Of a DNA stretch of 64,000 bases, positions 39,568 through 49,437 are shown in pieces (position 1 is the stretch's first letter; each line of letters starts with the position of its first letter). A program made the position numbers and the translations under genes. Origin of the DNA: a virus; the IMG/VR virus record IMGVR_UViG_3300037111_000040, positions 32,001 through 96,000 of that record. One strand, 5' to 3'. The notes beneath the pieces are model-generated. The model did not search any database, was not told the origin of the DNA, and worked only from the letters and a program-made list of their open reading frames with translations.

Positions 39568-40442
39568 TCTTCAAACAGCGGCAAGTCTGCTAGATCATCT
39601 TCTCTGCAACGCTTGTGCCTGTTTAGATATGCAAGCGCGCGTCTCGCGAGCTTCGGGTATTTCTCAAATCTCTCAATCCACGTATTGCAAAGTACACAAA
39701 GCAAACCACGGCGGCATTTGTCGCATGACCGACCGGGTTTACAGCAATTATGATCGTGGTCGATAGAAAATCTTCCGGTTGGATACCTACTGTCAGGCGA
39801 CCCGCAAATAGCGCACACTCCACCTTGAGCGGCGAGGGTCTTTTCGTACCACTCTAAATCTACTCCACGACTTTTCAGTCTGTTTTTTCTGTCCCATGTT
39901 GCAACATCTTGATTATTCATTCTTTTACTCCTTGCTTTAGAGGCTATCGCCCCCTTATTTCTGAGATAAGAGTTTGAACATATACGCTTTCTGTATTCGG
40001 GGTCTTCCTCCAATTTTTTCAGCAGCCATAATCGCTTATGTCCCCTATTTTTATTTTCTGATTTCCTTTTTATCTCCTTGACGTGATCGGCGTCTTTCTC
40101 ATACTGCCTCTGCTGATAGGATCGCCCGCATTGCTTACATCGCGAGGCACGACCGTAGAGGCCGCTTTTTGATCTTGAATAGTTGCCCAACGGCTGAGGC
40201 ACCCCATTAAATGAGCAGGTGCAAGAAGAGCATATTTTTGATTCTGGTCTGACGATCTCGCGTTTCGGATGCTTCTCTCTGTAGCTTGCTTTCTTGTCAG
40301 AGTACGTGCATATTTTGCATTTATACTTTCGCCCATGCGGCTCTCCTCGATCAACATGGAATTCCTCCAGTATTTTCGGGATACGGCATTTGCAGCAAAC
40401 CCGCTTTATGCTTTCTGGTATATTTTCTTCGTGGGGTGTCAT
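39531..40442 (-). CDS. Endonuclease VII-type (recombination endonuclease VII) homing endonuclease
   Basis: 'QGGVCAICG...IDHDH...RGLLC..CN'; N-terminal Zn fingers. Confidence 0.85.
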   Translation of the reverse strand: MTPHEENIPESIKRVCCKCRIPKILEEFHVDRGEPHGRKYKCKICTYSDKKASYREKHPKREIVRPESKICSSCTCSFNGVPQPLGNYSRSKSGLYGRASRCKQCGRSYQQRQYEKDADHVKEIKRKSENKNRGHKRLWLLKKLEEDPEYRKRICSNSYLRNKGAIASKARSKRMNNQDVATWDRKNRLKSRGVDLEWYEKTLAAQGGVCAICGSPDSRYPTGRFSIDHDHNCCKPGRSCDKCRRGLLCVLCNTWIERFEKYPKLARRALAYLNRHKRCREDDLADLPLFEDQTGIILPSSSL

Positions 40443-40539
40443 CGGAAACCTCTTTTCCGGTTGGCGTGAGCCGGGTGCGCAAACACCTGACGCCCCGATT
40501 ATACTCCGTAAATCGTTGAATTTCGTCTATAATCGTGCC

Positions 40540-43500
40540 GTGCCTGCACAACACAAACTCGTCAAGGTGGACGATTCGATCATCGCCTTTCCGGCCACTC
40601 TGCCCGACGAAGACGTTGCTGCGGTCATCAAAAAATTCAAGCAATCGAAGCCGACAAAAGACAAATCTCTGAGCCAGTCTCCGTTGCCATCTTCCGCTGG
40701 CGTGATGACGGAAGAGTCGGAGCACGCGCGCCAGTTGGCCCCGGCGCAACCTGTAGGCTCCGCCATCCCGGATTGGCTTACGCAGCCGATCCCACAAACG
40801 GCTGACAGGATCAACAAAGCATTCAACCTGATGCTCGGATTTCCGGGTGGCGTCACTCCAGCCGAAGCCGAAATCAACGAGCGCAACAGAAAAGCCAACG
40901 AGGCGTTCGACAAAGCATTCCCGCTGACTGGCGGCGCGATGATGGGCGCGCATAATTTTGCAGAGGGACTGCTGACGCCAGCGAACCTCATGCTGATGCT
41001 CACGGCTCCGGAATCGAAGCTCCTGAGCGCCTTCTTCGCGACGCAGGCCATGAGGGGATCGTATCGCGACGCGAAGGAAGCGGAAAAGGATTTTAAGGAA
41101 GGGAAGAACAAAGAAGCGGCTCAGTACATTACGCAATCGCTGCTCGGTTTGGGAGTGGCTGGTCTCGCGGGCTCGCACGCCGTGCGTGGAACGGCGGTCG
41201 ACACAAGCGCGCTTTTCCCAGAGGGACCGAAGACCATCGAAGGTGAGTTTGAGCGCGCCGGAGAGCATGAAATCGTTCCGCAATCGACCGGAGTCAGATC
41301 GGTTGTTGACGCGATGGCGAAGATGAAGAGAGCCGAGCCTCCGTCGCTGCCGGAAGTGAAGGCTGAGGCAAACAAGCTTGCGGTTGCACCGAAAACAATC
41401 GGCCCGAAGGAAGCGGAGGTAAAGCGGCCTTCGTTCAAGGAACCAGATTTGTCAACAGCGGAAGTAGTGTTCTCCGCCAACAAATCACCGGACCGTCTCT
41501 ATCGCGGCACGAATGGCGAAGAAGAACTTGGAAATATACTCGCGTCGAAGAGCATAGCCTCCACTTCTGAAACGGCATCGCGCTTAGGAAAGAGCGGACA
41601 TCAAGGGTTGACATTTTTCTCTGATCGTCCGAATGTCGCGACGAGCTACGTTCACGACGGGGGCTATGTGATTGAATTAGATGCATCGAAAGTCCCAGAA
41701 ACTTCAGGACATGGCGCTGGGGAAATAGCAACTAACAAGCCAACTTCGCTCGATGCGGTCACTCGCATTTTCAAGATCGGCAAGGACGAGAATGGATACC
41801 ACGCTATCGACGTTACAAAACAAGTTCTTCCGCAATTAGGCGGCGGGAAAATTCGGAGCGCCACACCAGAGGGCATCAGGGAAGAAACGCAACATGTCAT
41901 TGGCGGTAAGCAGGATTCCATTCATCCACTGGAAGTTGTGAACACTGCGATGCTGGCGCTCGGTAAGAACAATAAGGTTTCTAGGATCGTTATTCAGTCG
42001 ATCCCCGTCGATGTGGTGGATGTGCTTGCCAAGAACGGCTTCACTACCAAACAACTTTTTAGCCAGTATGATGTGGTCAGCAACGCTCTTCCCGTCGATG
42101 ACCGAGCGACGGTAGCCAGAGGGCTTTCGAGTGCTCTTCAATTGGCTGGCACACGCTTTAGAGCAGCACTTGATGGGGTACTTCCTCCGAATCCTACAGG
42201 TAGAGACAAGGAATTCTTGGCCGCAGTTCGCGCAGTTAAGGCGAACCCTAGCGTCCTTGGGGCTTTTGCGCCCTTTGTTAGCAGCACTGATCTTAGCGGC
42301 GATCTTGGCCTTGGCGGCGGGGTCTTGGGAAATGGCGAGTTGGGCGCAGGAAACGGAGCACCATCGGCCCCAATTCTTGGCGGCGTTGATCTGGCTCGGG
42401 TATCTCCAGAACTCAGCCCCGCACAACTCGCAGAATCTTTGAACAGGCATGGACAGATCATAGCGAAAAATGGTCCAACTGAATCCGTCGAAGATAAAAA
42501 TAACAGGCCGTTCGCGTTGTTCAAGCTGCTCTACAAACCGCAGCCCGCAAGCGAAGTCGAGATCGCCAGAGAGGAAATGGCGCTCTACGAAGTGCAACGT
42601 ATGCTTGATCAGATTCCACCGCCAGCGGACCCTGTCTCCACAAGCACGCCGGAGCAGATTGAGAAGTGGGGTGCTGAATATAAGGCGTGGGCACAGAAGG
42701 CGGCTCCCTCTCTTGAGCGGTACAAGGAGATCGCCCAACGCATTGGGGAACTGAAGAACAAAGAAATCGGCGAGATTCGCAAGCTTCCCGATGGAAACAG
42801 AGTTCTCTACCTGAACCGTGGCGGACTTAAGGCTCTCTACCACGGTTTGATGGGTGGACCGCCGCCGAAGAATTACGGCCTCAGCGGACTCTCGCTCGAT
42901 GTTTCAGACATCAAGGCGATCACAAACAATCTCGCGTTGCTGAAGCCACTGCTCCACGGCGAACTGACGCAGATGATGCTCAGGGGCATGGACAAGAATG
43001 GCCTGACAATCTCTATGATGCCGAGGAAGGGAGAGAGTCTGAGTGAGGCGCTCGCCACATTGCGCGAGGAATTGAACCATGGCTGGCAAAGGCGATTCGC
43101 GGACGCAGCAGGAAACCATCTTTCTCCGGAACACTTTGCGAATTTGAACGTCGCGATGCCGAAGACGATGAGCGATTATCTCGGCACCAACTATCCAGAG
43201 ATCAAGAACGACGGAAGTGAAGTGATGAACCGCAGGCGTGTCCTTGAAGCGTCTTCCAAGATGCTTTCTGAGTCCCCAAGAAGTTTGGGCTTGACGGACG
43301 ACGAGTGGGCCGCATATCTCTTTCAGTATTTCCACGCTGTCGAAGCAGAGCACGGAGACAAGGCGCTCAACGAGCTTCTCCACATCACCGCATTAGCAAA
43401 GGAAGTGAAAAATGTCTACTTCTCGACCACAGACCGATTCCCCGGAGTCCAAGAAAATGCGAGAGGCATGGGAGGCGTACAAAAAGGACGGCCTCAAGGG

Positions 43501-44430
43501 GCTGAGGGAACTGGCCCGCCAGCGCAACGCGGAGGAGCGGAAGGAGTCGGCCTAGAAAAGGTCAAGCGCGAAGCTGAGGCTCTGCAACCTGCCGCTGCGA
43601 GGACGGATACTCCCGAATTCAAGACGTGGTTCAAAGAATCGAAGGTGACCGACGAAAGTGGGAAGCCTAAGCCCGTGTTCCACTCCGGATGGTTCGACGA
43701 AAAAGAGGACCCCGTTCCGGACATCGGAGAAAACGGATTTCATTTTGGAACACGAGATGCGGCTCAGTCGAGGAACGGCGGGAAGCTTGTCGATGACTTT
43801 ATCCGTGAGGGCAAGGTCGAACAATACGAAAACGAAGACGGAAAGATGGTATGGGGATGGTCGTCGGGGAGTGAGGAATCTTACGACTTTGACGAAGAGG
43901 GGTTTGAAACGGAGGCTGCAGCGAGACGCGATCTTGAGCAACGCGCAACCGAGCAAGAAGTTGACGAAGATATGCCTCTCACGGAAGCATATCTTTCAAT
44001 TCAAAATCCAAAACGCGTAAAGGATCAGGAAGACGATTGGGCTCCTGCTGTTGCGAAAGCAAAGCGCGAAGGCTATGACGGCATTGTTTATCGGAACGAG
44101 TTTGAAGACAAAGGCACCGACTCGTATATCGCCTTTTACCCCGAGCAGATAAAATCTGTAAAAAATGAGGGCGCACACGATCCTTCGAACCCCAACATCC
44201 TCAAGAGCGTGAAGAGGGCGGCGGAGAAGCTGAAGCCGCCAACAGACCTGTCACAGAAGGCGACGGAGTGGGCAACGAAGCATATGCACGATTCGACGCC
44301 TGCGGCTAACAAGGAATTCGGCAAGTTCTACGCTGAGAAGTTTCCCGATGGCGAAACTCCGATGGGAAGGGCGTGGATGAAGTTCCACGGCTTTGGCTCG
44401 GTGAAACCCGGACAACAGTTTGGACAATAG
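40540..44430 (+). CDS. Polyvalent internal virion protein with two ADP-ribosyltransferase-like domains
   Basis: Leaderless GTG 6 nt after TATAAT; 'LYRG...FFSD' ART-like; 'SKVTDESGKPKPVFH...YLSIQNP...GYDGIVY...IAFYPEQIKS' ART-PolyVal-like. Confidence 0.7.
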   Translation: MPAQHKLVKVDDSIIAFPATLPDEDVAAVIKKFKQSKPTKDKSLSQSPLPSSAGVMTEESEHARQLAPAQPVGSAIPDWLTQPIPQTADRINKAFNLMLGFPGGVTPAEAEINERNRKANEAFDKAFPLTGGAMMGAHNFAEGLLTPANLMLMLTAPESKLLSAFFATQAMRGSYRDAKEAEKDFKEGKNKEAAQYITQSLLGLGVAGLAGSHAVRGTAVDTSALFPEGPKTIEGEFERAGEHEIVPQSTGVRSVVDAMAKMKRAEPPSLPEVKAEANKLAVAPKTIGPKEAEVKRPSFKEPDLSTAEVVFSANKSPDRLYRGTNGEEELGNILASKSIASTSETASRLGKSGHQGLTFFSDRPNVATSYVHDGGYVIELDASKVPETSGHGAGEIATNKPTSLDAVTRIFKIGKDENGYHAIDVTKQVLPQLGGGKIRSATPEGIREETQHVIGGKQDSIHPLEVVNTAMLALGKNNKVSRIVIQSIPVDVVDVLAKNGFTTKQLFSQYDVVSNALPVDDRATVARGLSSALQLAGTRFRAALDGVLPPNPTGRDKEFLAAVRAVKANPSVLGAFAPFVSSTDLSGDLGLGGGVLGNGELGAGNGAPSAPILGGVDLARVSPELSPAQLAESLNRHGQIIAKNGPTESVEDKNNRPFALFKLLYKPQPASEVEIAREEMALYEVQRMLDQIPPPADPVSTSTPEQIEKWGAEYKAWAQKAAPSLERYKEIAQRIGELKNKEIGEIRKLPDGNRVLYLNRGGLKALYHGLMGGPPPKNYGLSGLSLDVSDIKAITNNLALLKPLLHGELTQMMLRGMDKNGLTISMMPRKGESLSEALATLREELNHGWQRRFADAAGNHLSPEHFANLNVAMPKTMSDYLGTNYPEIKNDGSEVMNRRRVLEASSKMLSESPRSLGLTDDEWAAYLFQYFHAVEAEHGDKALNELLHITALAKEVKNVYFSTTDRFPGVQENARGMGGVQKGRPQGAEGTGPPAQRGGAEGVGLEKVKREAEALQPAAARTDTPEFKTWFKESKVTDESGKPKPVFHSGWFDEKEDPVPDIGENGFHFGTRDAAQSRNGGKLVDDFIREGKVEQYENEDGKMVWGWSSGSEESYDFDEEGFETEAAARRDLEQRATEQEVDEDMPLTEAYLSIQNPKRVKDQEDDWAPAVAKAKREGYDGIVYRNEFEDKGTDSYIAFYPEQIKSVKNEGAHDPSNPNILKSVKRAAEKLKPPTDLSQKATEWATKHMHDSTPAANKEFGKFYAEKFPDGETPMGRAWMKFHGFGSVKPGQQFGQ
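41836..42450 (-). CDS. HNH endonuclease nested antisense inside the polyvalent protein gene
   Basis: Two CxxC..CS..C fingers, 'GYRR', 'HHIDGDRLNNDPRNL.VL...QH..VH'; TATGAT -10 six nt before ATG. Confidence 0.85.
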   Translation of the reverse strand: MPVQRFCELCGAEFWRYPSQINAAKNWGRWCSVSCAQLAISQDPAAKAKIAAKISAANKGRKSPKDARVRLNCANCGQEFLVSTCRIRRKYPIKCCSKACASQLKSTRKPSGYRRSVIDGKSVADHIILAKKLFGSEAVLGKHIHHIDGDRLNNDPRNLIVLTERQHRSVHNFQWMNGILLTANDMLRFFPDALWCGAPNFPAA

Positions 44431-44446
44431 GTGGTAAATTGAAGCC

Positions 44447-44686
44447 ATGCTGATTCAGATTCTCGACGAACTTTGGCTGGACATCTGGGCGGTAACCGCC
44501 ATCAAGAAAATCGACGAAAAAAGCTGTGCGTTGTGGCTTACCGGTCAATCCGGGGAGGAGGGGCTCGTGTTGGACTATCCAGCAGAGGAAGTTGCTCAAG
44601 CGATCAACGACGAACGCGAGAAAGATGGCGAAGAGCCGGAAGAAGAGAAGAACGCGGAGCCGGAAGAGGACGACGAGGAAGAGTGA
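44447..44686 (+). CDS. Acidic hypothetical protein
   Basis: Leaderless after TGnTAAATT; 79 aa. Confidence 0.6.
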   Translation: MLIQILDELWLDIWAVTAIKKIDEKSCALWLTGQSGEEGLVLDYPAEEVAQAINDEREKDGEEPEEEKNAEPEEDDEEE

Positions 44687-44750
44687 GCTATAGTAGGGCC
44701 AGCGGTGTTTGAGCACCGGCCTTGCGGCCCAATCGTCGAAGGAGGACGAT

Positions 44751-45491
44751 ATGCCAGCCCATAGTTTCACATTAGCACCAAATCTTTGTATTTGCCGCGA
44801 TCCAAACTGCGACGTTCCGCTAGGCTATTGCCACTGCGGATGCGGAATAAGGACGGCTGTCGCGCGACAATCCAGCACAAAACGTGGGCATGTAAATGGA
44901 ATGCCCAAAATGTGGATCAGTGGTCACTCGCAAGCACACAAGCGAATCGATTTCAATGACGCAAAACCCTTCAAAATTGATGGCGTATATTGCAAGTTGA
45001 TTGGCCTAACCTTCGGCATGTATGCAGTCGTATGCGAACGTGACCATAAATGGCTAACAAGGTGGAGGTGGCAGGCCGCTTGGAGCAGCGCGGATGAGTG
45101 TTTCTACGCGATCAGAACCCACCGTGAAAAATGGAAAAAGCAGGAAACAATTAGGATGCACAGGTTCATCCTTGGACTCACTCGGAAAGATTTGCGAGTT
45201 GTCGATCATGAAAATGGGAATACGCTCGATAATCGGCGCAGGATTAGAGGGCGCGGAAATCTTAGAATCGTTACGCATCGTCAGAGCAAGCTCAATTGCG
45301 GGGTACGCAAGGATTGCGTGAGCGGTTTCAAAGGTGTCGGCGTAGACAAACATACTGGACGATTCAGAGCCCGCATTACAATTCACGGCAAACTTACCTC
45401 TTTAGGGCATTTTGAGACTCCAGAAGCGGCTCATCGGGCCTACTGTAAAGCGTCGAGGGTTTACCACGGCGAGTACGGGAGAACAGAATGA
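44751..45491 (+). CDS. HNH-AP2 homing endonuclease
   Basis: 'CHCGCG', 'MHRFILG', 'VDHENGNTLDNRR', AP2 'SGFKGV...EAAHRAY'. Confidence 0.88.
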   Translation: MPAHSFTLAPNLCICRDPNCDVPLGYCHCGCGIRTAVARQSSTKRGHVNGMPKMWISGHSQAHKRIDFNDAKPFKIDGVYCKLIGLTFGMYAVVCERDHKWLTRWRWQAAWSSADECFYAIRTHREKWKKQETIRMHRFILGLTRKDLRVVDHENGNTLDNRRRIRGRGNLRIVTHRQSKLNCGVRKDCVSGFKGVGVDKHTGRFRARITIHGKLTSLGHFETPEAAHRAYCKASRVYHGEYGRTE

Positions 45492-46429
45492 GCGCCGGGA
45501 CGGACGAACTCCTTACCGCTTTCGAGGAGTGCCGCCGCAAAGCCTTCTGGATGCGAGAGTGGGAATCTACGAAGCTCACCGCGACCCAGATGCTCCAGAT
45601 CGGCGTCCGTACCGGTCTGACGGAGCCAACGAAGAAAGATTGGGGTCTGGCGGCTGGTGAGGCGCTCTACTCATTGGGTGCCAACCATGGACTGGTGAGC
45701 AAACAATTAAACATTCACGACGAAATCGTCCATCTCTCAGCCATAGCCGAAGCCGTGGCCACCGTCCTGCGCAAAGATGCCCCGTGGAAGCCGCCTGAGA
45801 CGGTCGAGATAGGAAACGGCCACGCGTGGTCATCGGACGTGCTCCTAGACCCCTCTGGAGCCCGTCTACGCCGTATCGTTTTCGCTTCCTCATGGAACGA
45901 TGACCGGCATTATAGCCTTTGCCGGTCTTGGGGCAGTCTCGGAAGCGTCTGCGTCCATAATCTCCCGCTTCAGATAGGCGTGGTTCTTTTAGGGGCGCAC
46001 AAAGATGGAAAATTCCATAGCTGCTGGTCCAAAGCCTACAGTCATCCCGTGAACAGGCAGATAAGATTTAGAAGGAGAAACAACGTAAGCGAAGGCTTCA
46101 AAAGCACTTGGGGACAAATTTGGCGTGAGGATCATGGCGAGTTTAGCACCCAAGATTGGTTGCAAGCCATGCTTGACGACTCAGTTTTACAGGACGCGCT
46201 CCTTGTAGTTGATCTTCCTGTCCCAGAAAAGGTGGCGCGACAAAGAATCCTCGATCTCGCCGCGCGAAGGCTGGATGAAATATGGGCTACGAAGGAACTT
46301 CCGGATCAACAGCTATCGACCTGTGATTGGCCCCAACCGTGCGGTTTTCGCTCAAATTGCCACTCGGGGAACCAGCCCAGCGGGCGCTACGGCTTTGTGC
46401 CCGTGTCCAGTTTATCCACCTCTGGATAG
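45488..46429 (+). CDS. Cas4-like/PD-(D/E)XK-fold nuclease (possibly degenerate)
   Basis: N-terminal 'FEECRRK' and C-terminal 'C.....C.F...C' Fe-S ligand pattern. Confidence 0.55.
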   Translation: MSAGTDELLTAFEECRRKAFWMREWESTKLTATQMLQIGVRTGLTEPTKKDWGLAAGEALYSLGANHGLVSKQLNIHDEIVHLSAIAEAVATVLRKDAPWKPPETVEIGNGHAWSSDVLLDPSGARLRRIVFASSWNDDRHYSLCRSWGSLGSVCVHNLPLQIGVVLLGAHKDGKFHSCWSKAYSHPVNRQIRFRRRNNVSEGFKSTWGQIWREDHGEFSTQDWLQAMLDDSVLQDALLVVDLPVPEKVARQRILDLAARRLDEIWATKELPDQQLSTCDWPQPCGFRSNCHSGNQPSGRYGFVPVSSLSTSG

Positions 46430-46594
46430 CTCCCTTTGGCCTTCTCAAGCGCGGCGAACATCAAGCGCCAATAGGTGACTCCAGCTTCAAGCATTTTACG
46501 CGCCTCTTCCTCACTAAGTTCGCGCGGCGGCGCTCGCGCAGGTCTCCATTCTGATCCCGGTAGAACGAAATATCGACACGAACCTCGTCTTCGC

Positions 46595-46798
46595 TCATAA
46601 AACCCTGTCTTTTATGTCGCGCAGCCAGAAAAGTTGCTTGACGGAGCAGTTGCCGAAAGCCTCAACCTTCGCCATCATGTCTTTCTCGTTGGGGCGAATC
46701 TCGGATTCAAAGCCTTCGAGCATCTCGATGATTCGATTGGCCTCATCCAGACGTTCATCTGGCGTCAAGGTGCATTCGCTCAGGTCGTGATAGCTCAT
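46595..46798 (-). CDS. Hypothetical protein
   Basis: 'SVKQLFWLRDI' motif; 67 aa. Confidence 0.6.
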   Translation of the reverse strand: MSYHDLSECTLTPDERLDEANRIIEMLEGFESEIRPNEKDMMAKVEAFGNCSVKQLFWLRDIKDRVL

Positions 46799-47424
46799 CG
46801 CCAACCATCCTTTGTCTGCCTCTGCGGCTCATCGCTCGGAACGTAGTCGAGGTCCATGGCTCCGCCGACCGCCGTGTTCGGGACCAGCGGCACGGGCGGG
46901 CCTGAAATTCCCGGAATGGGCACGGCGTTGGTCCGGTAGAGCGCCTGATCGATTCCGTCTGGCGGCAGCGGCACCGGCTCGGAGATGGGCTGTGGCTGGG
47001 CGAATTGCGCGCCATCCGGAGGTGGGAAGCCCTGCGTGGGGCCGACGAGAGCTTGGGGATGCACCGTGCCGCCTAGCGCCCGGATTACTTGGACGAGCGA
47101 AGGAATCTCGACGTTGAGCATCGCCACACGCTGCATGGCTTCAGCCCGCTCTTTGAGGGCCATCGCGAGGCGCTTCTCCGCGTAGTTGTGCGCCTTGCCG
47201 AACTCTTTTGGCTGTGTTTTGCGCGGCTTTTTGGGGGTTACTATCGGTGCTGGTTCCTGCTCTGGTGCTGGGGCCGGTGGATCAGCTTGCGCTTGCTCAG
47301 CTTTGACCTTAGCCCATCGCGCTTTTCCGGCTTCTCTGGCTATTTCCTTGCGCCGCTCGGGAGTGAGATTCGCATTGCGTGCCTTGCCGCCTTCGCTGCC
47401 CATGTTTTCCCTCGTGCTTGCCAT
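46795..47424 (-). CDS. Protein with KGG-like basic N-terminus
   Basis: 'GSEGGKARNANLTPERRKEIAREAGKARW'. Confidence 0.65.
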   Translation of the reverse strand: MASTRENMGSEGGKARNANLTPERRKEIAREAGKARWAKVKAEQAQADPPAPAPEQEPAPIVTPKKPRKTQPKEFGKAHNYAEKRLAMALKERAEAMQRVAMLNVEIPSLVQVIRALGGTVHPQALVGPTQGFPPPDGAQFAQPQPISEPVPLPPDGIDQALYRTNAVPIPGISGPPVPLVPNTAVGGAMDLDYVPSDEPQRQTKDGWR

Positions 47425-47459
47425 TCTTGCACTATGCTTGCAAAAGTGCAAGCGCCCCG

Positions 47460-48116
47460 TTATCGATCAAGCGCTCCATTAAAAGGTTTGTCGAACCTTT
47501 CCTTTCCGGGAGGCCCTCCGTGCTTCTGCTCGTAATAGAACCCGTAGAGTGGAAAGGTCACGCCGTTGATGAAATTTAACTTTGGATCGCTCTTGATCGT
47601 CTGTGATGGTTCGTGCTTGACTGGGAGGCCCGTGTCGATGCACTCCCAGCCCGCGAGTCTCAGGCGGCGATATGTATCGTTATCGCTGAAGTATTGCGGA
47701 AGGTTCGTGTCCCATCCGCCGATGTCTTCGAAGGCGTTCACGTTGAACGCGGCGAGAGCATCGTAATTTGTGAAGAGCACTCCCCACTTCGTGCCTTCGG
47801 CGGTCAGCTTTCGTGCCTGAGATATCAGCGCCATCACTGAACCCGGACCGGCCTCTGCGTCCGAGTGCATGAATACGCAGATTTTTGCGTCCGTATCTCG
47901 CGTGATCTTGAGGATCAGATTCATCGTCTGCGAAAACGTGTATGGAACGACAGGTCTGAAGGTCTGAGACTCGAAGTTATCCCATGGATATTTTTGATCT
48001 CCCACCGAGTTGTCGATGATGGCGAGGTACTGCTTCACGTCTGCCAGCGATTCGACGGCGTTGTGGAGCAAGTCGGGACGGTTTACAAACGGCACAAAAA
48101 CGCGGTAGTCGCTCAT
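47460..48116 (-). CDS. GT-A fold glycosyltransferase (GT2-like)
   Basis: 'VPFVNRPDLL','IIDNS','HSD','IGGWD...YFSDND'. Confidence 0.8.
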   Translation of the reverse strand: MSDYRVFVPFVNRPDLLHNAVESLADVKQYLAIIDNSVGDQKYPWDNFESQTFRPVVPYTFSQTMNLILKITRDTDAKICVFMHSDAEAGPGSVMALISQARKLTAEGTKWGVLFTNYDALAAFNVNAFEDIGGWDTNLPQYFSDNDTYRRLRLAGWECIDTGLPVKHEPSQTIKSDPKLNFINGVTFPLYGFYYEQKHGGPPGKERFDKPFNGALDR

Positions 48117-48637
48117 GCTTCCTCCGTGGTCCAAATGGTTTCAACCAGCCTAAAGTTTGGAATCAGTTCGTCGACGGCTTGCTTCACCCCAGCCCACTCG
48201 TTTCCATAATCGTGGCCGCACAGGATTCCACCATGGCTCAACAGTTGTCGCCACGCAAGAATGTCCGCCTTCACGTCCTGATATTCATGCGAAGCATCGA
48301 TAAAGATCATATCGAAGTCAACGACGCACTCCGTAAGGACCGCACACGCTCTCAGTGATGCCATTGGAACTGGAAGGATGTTGTTTAAGCCTTGAGTATT
48401 GCGAAGAAAATCAGGCAATACCTGCACGCTCAGTTCGCTCCTGTGATCCATGCTTCCAGTCCAGCTATCGACAGCGTAGACGACACCTTTCGTGTTCTCA
48501 GCCAGAGCTATCGTGCTGCGTCCTTCCCAGCTTCCAATTTCGAGGATGGTACGGCGTCGACTCGCAGCCTCGGCCAAGTAAGACAGTTCCCCTTCGCTCA
48601 TCCAACCGGGCGTCGCCAAAGCTCGCGCGATATTCAT
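48113..48637 (-). CDS. Class I SAM methyltransferase (Methyltransf_24)
   Basis: 'LEIGSWEGRST','IFIDASHEY','GGILCGHDY'. Confidence 0.88.
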   Translation of the reverse strand: MNIARALATPGWMSEGELSYLAEAASRRRTILEIGSWEGRSTIALAENTKGVVYAVDSWTGSMDHRSELSVQVLPDFLRNTQGLNNILPVPMASLRACAVLTECVVDFDMIFIDASHEYQDVKADILAWRQLLSHGGILCGHDYGNEWAGVKQAVDELIPNFRLVETIWTTEEA

Positions 48638-49437
48638 TTCAGTCTCTCTTTCAGTGCTGCTAGAAATCGTTGAATCGTTCGGTCGTCTACATCCATCGCC
48701 TGCACCCAGAGCCAGCGATTTTCGTCGCGCCCCCAAGTCTCACCGCTCGTGTCTATGGGATGCCGTTGCTCCCACTCTTTACGCGACTTTGTAAAGTAAT
48801 GATTGAGCCGGAGGATGGAAGAGCGCGGTGGTGCCTCTCTGTCGAGCAGAGGCGTTCCATCTTCGTTGATGGTTCCACCGCTGGTCTGAAAATGGTGTTC
48901 ACTGCCAAGCGTTGAGAGGGCAGCATCGTCCAGTCTGACGATGCTTTTGTACATGCGGTTGTACGGAAGACTTTCGTTCGGCCTCCAAGTAAATCGCTCG
49001 ATCACTGGAGCGTCTTCCCATTCCTGCTTCCCGCTCGATCCGAACATCATCCAGTGGACCCCAACAGCGCCGCACGTTTGCGGCAAAGTAGCGAGCGCTT
49101 CGGTAACAGTCTCGTAGCGGGGCGAGAAAAGAAATTCATCGCTGTCGATTAAGGCAAGCCATCCCTTTTGCCCTTTGATTCTGTCGATGCAGTCTTGATT
49201 CGCATCGATCTGGGCGTTCCTGCCCCCGCTATGATGACACCTATACGGCCACTCTTTCACATCAACGATGCGTCGCTCGACATACGGATGAAGAACTTCC
49301 CTCCAGCCATCTTCCGGCGTGCTGGTTCCCTGATGGTAGAGATAAAATCTCCCTACACCCATTAGCAGATGAAATTCGATCCACTCGCGAAGATAGAGCG
49401 CATCGTTGCGAAACATGCTAGATACGGTAAGATTCAT
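48634..49437 (-). CDS. Glycosyltransferase family 92-like
   Basis: 'EWIEFH...GV..FYLY','IDSDEF','KSIV','LNHYFTKS'. Confidence 0.85.
   Translation of the reverse strand: MNLTVSSMFRNDALYLREWIEFHLLMGVGRFYLYHQGTSTPEDGWREVLHPYVERRIVDVKEWPYRCHHSGGRNAQIDANQDCIDRIKGQKGWLALIDSDEFLFSPRYETVTEALATLPQTCGAVGVHWMMFGSSGKQEWEDAPVIERFTWRPNESLPYNRMYKSIVRLDDAALSTLGSEHHFQTSGGTINEDGTPLLDREAPPRSSILRLNHYFTKSRKEWEQRHPIDTSGETWGRDENRWLWVQAMDVDDRTIQRFLAALKERLK

Noticed and set aside
40294-40539. N-terminal extension of the 1378 aa ORF
   Set aside because: It overlaps the Endo VII gene and its promoter; TATAAT followed by GTG at 40540 gives a better start.
45488-46429. CRISPR-Cas locus around the Cas4-like gene
   Set aside because: No other cas genes or array; solo Cas4-like nucleases are common in phages.
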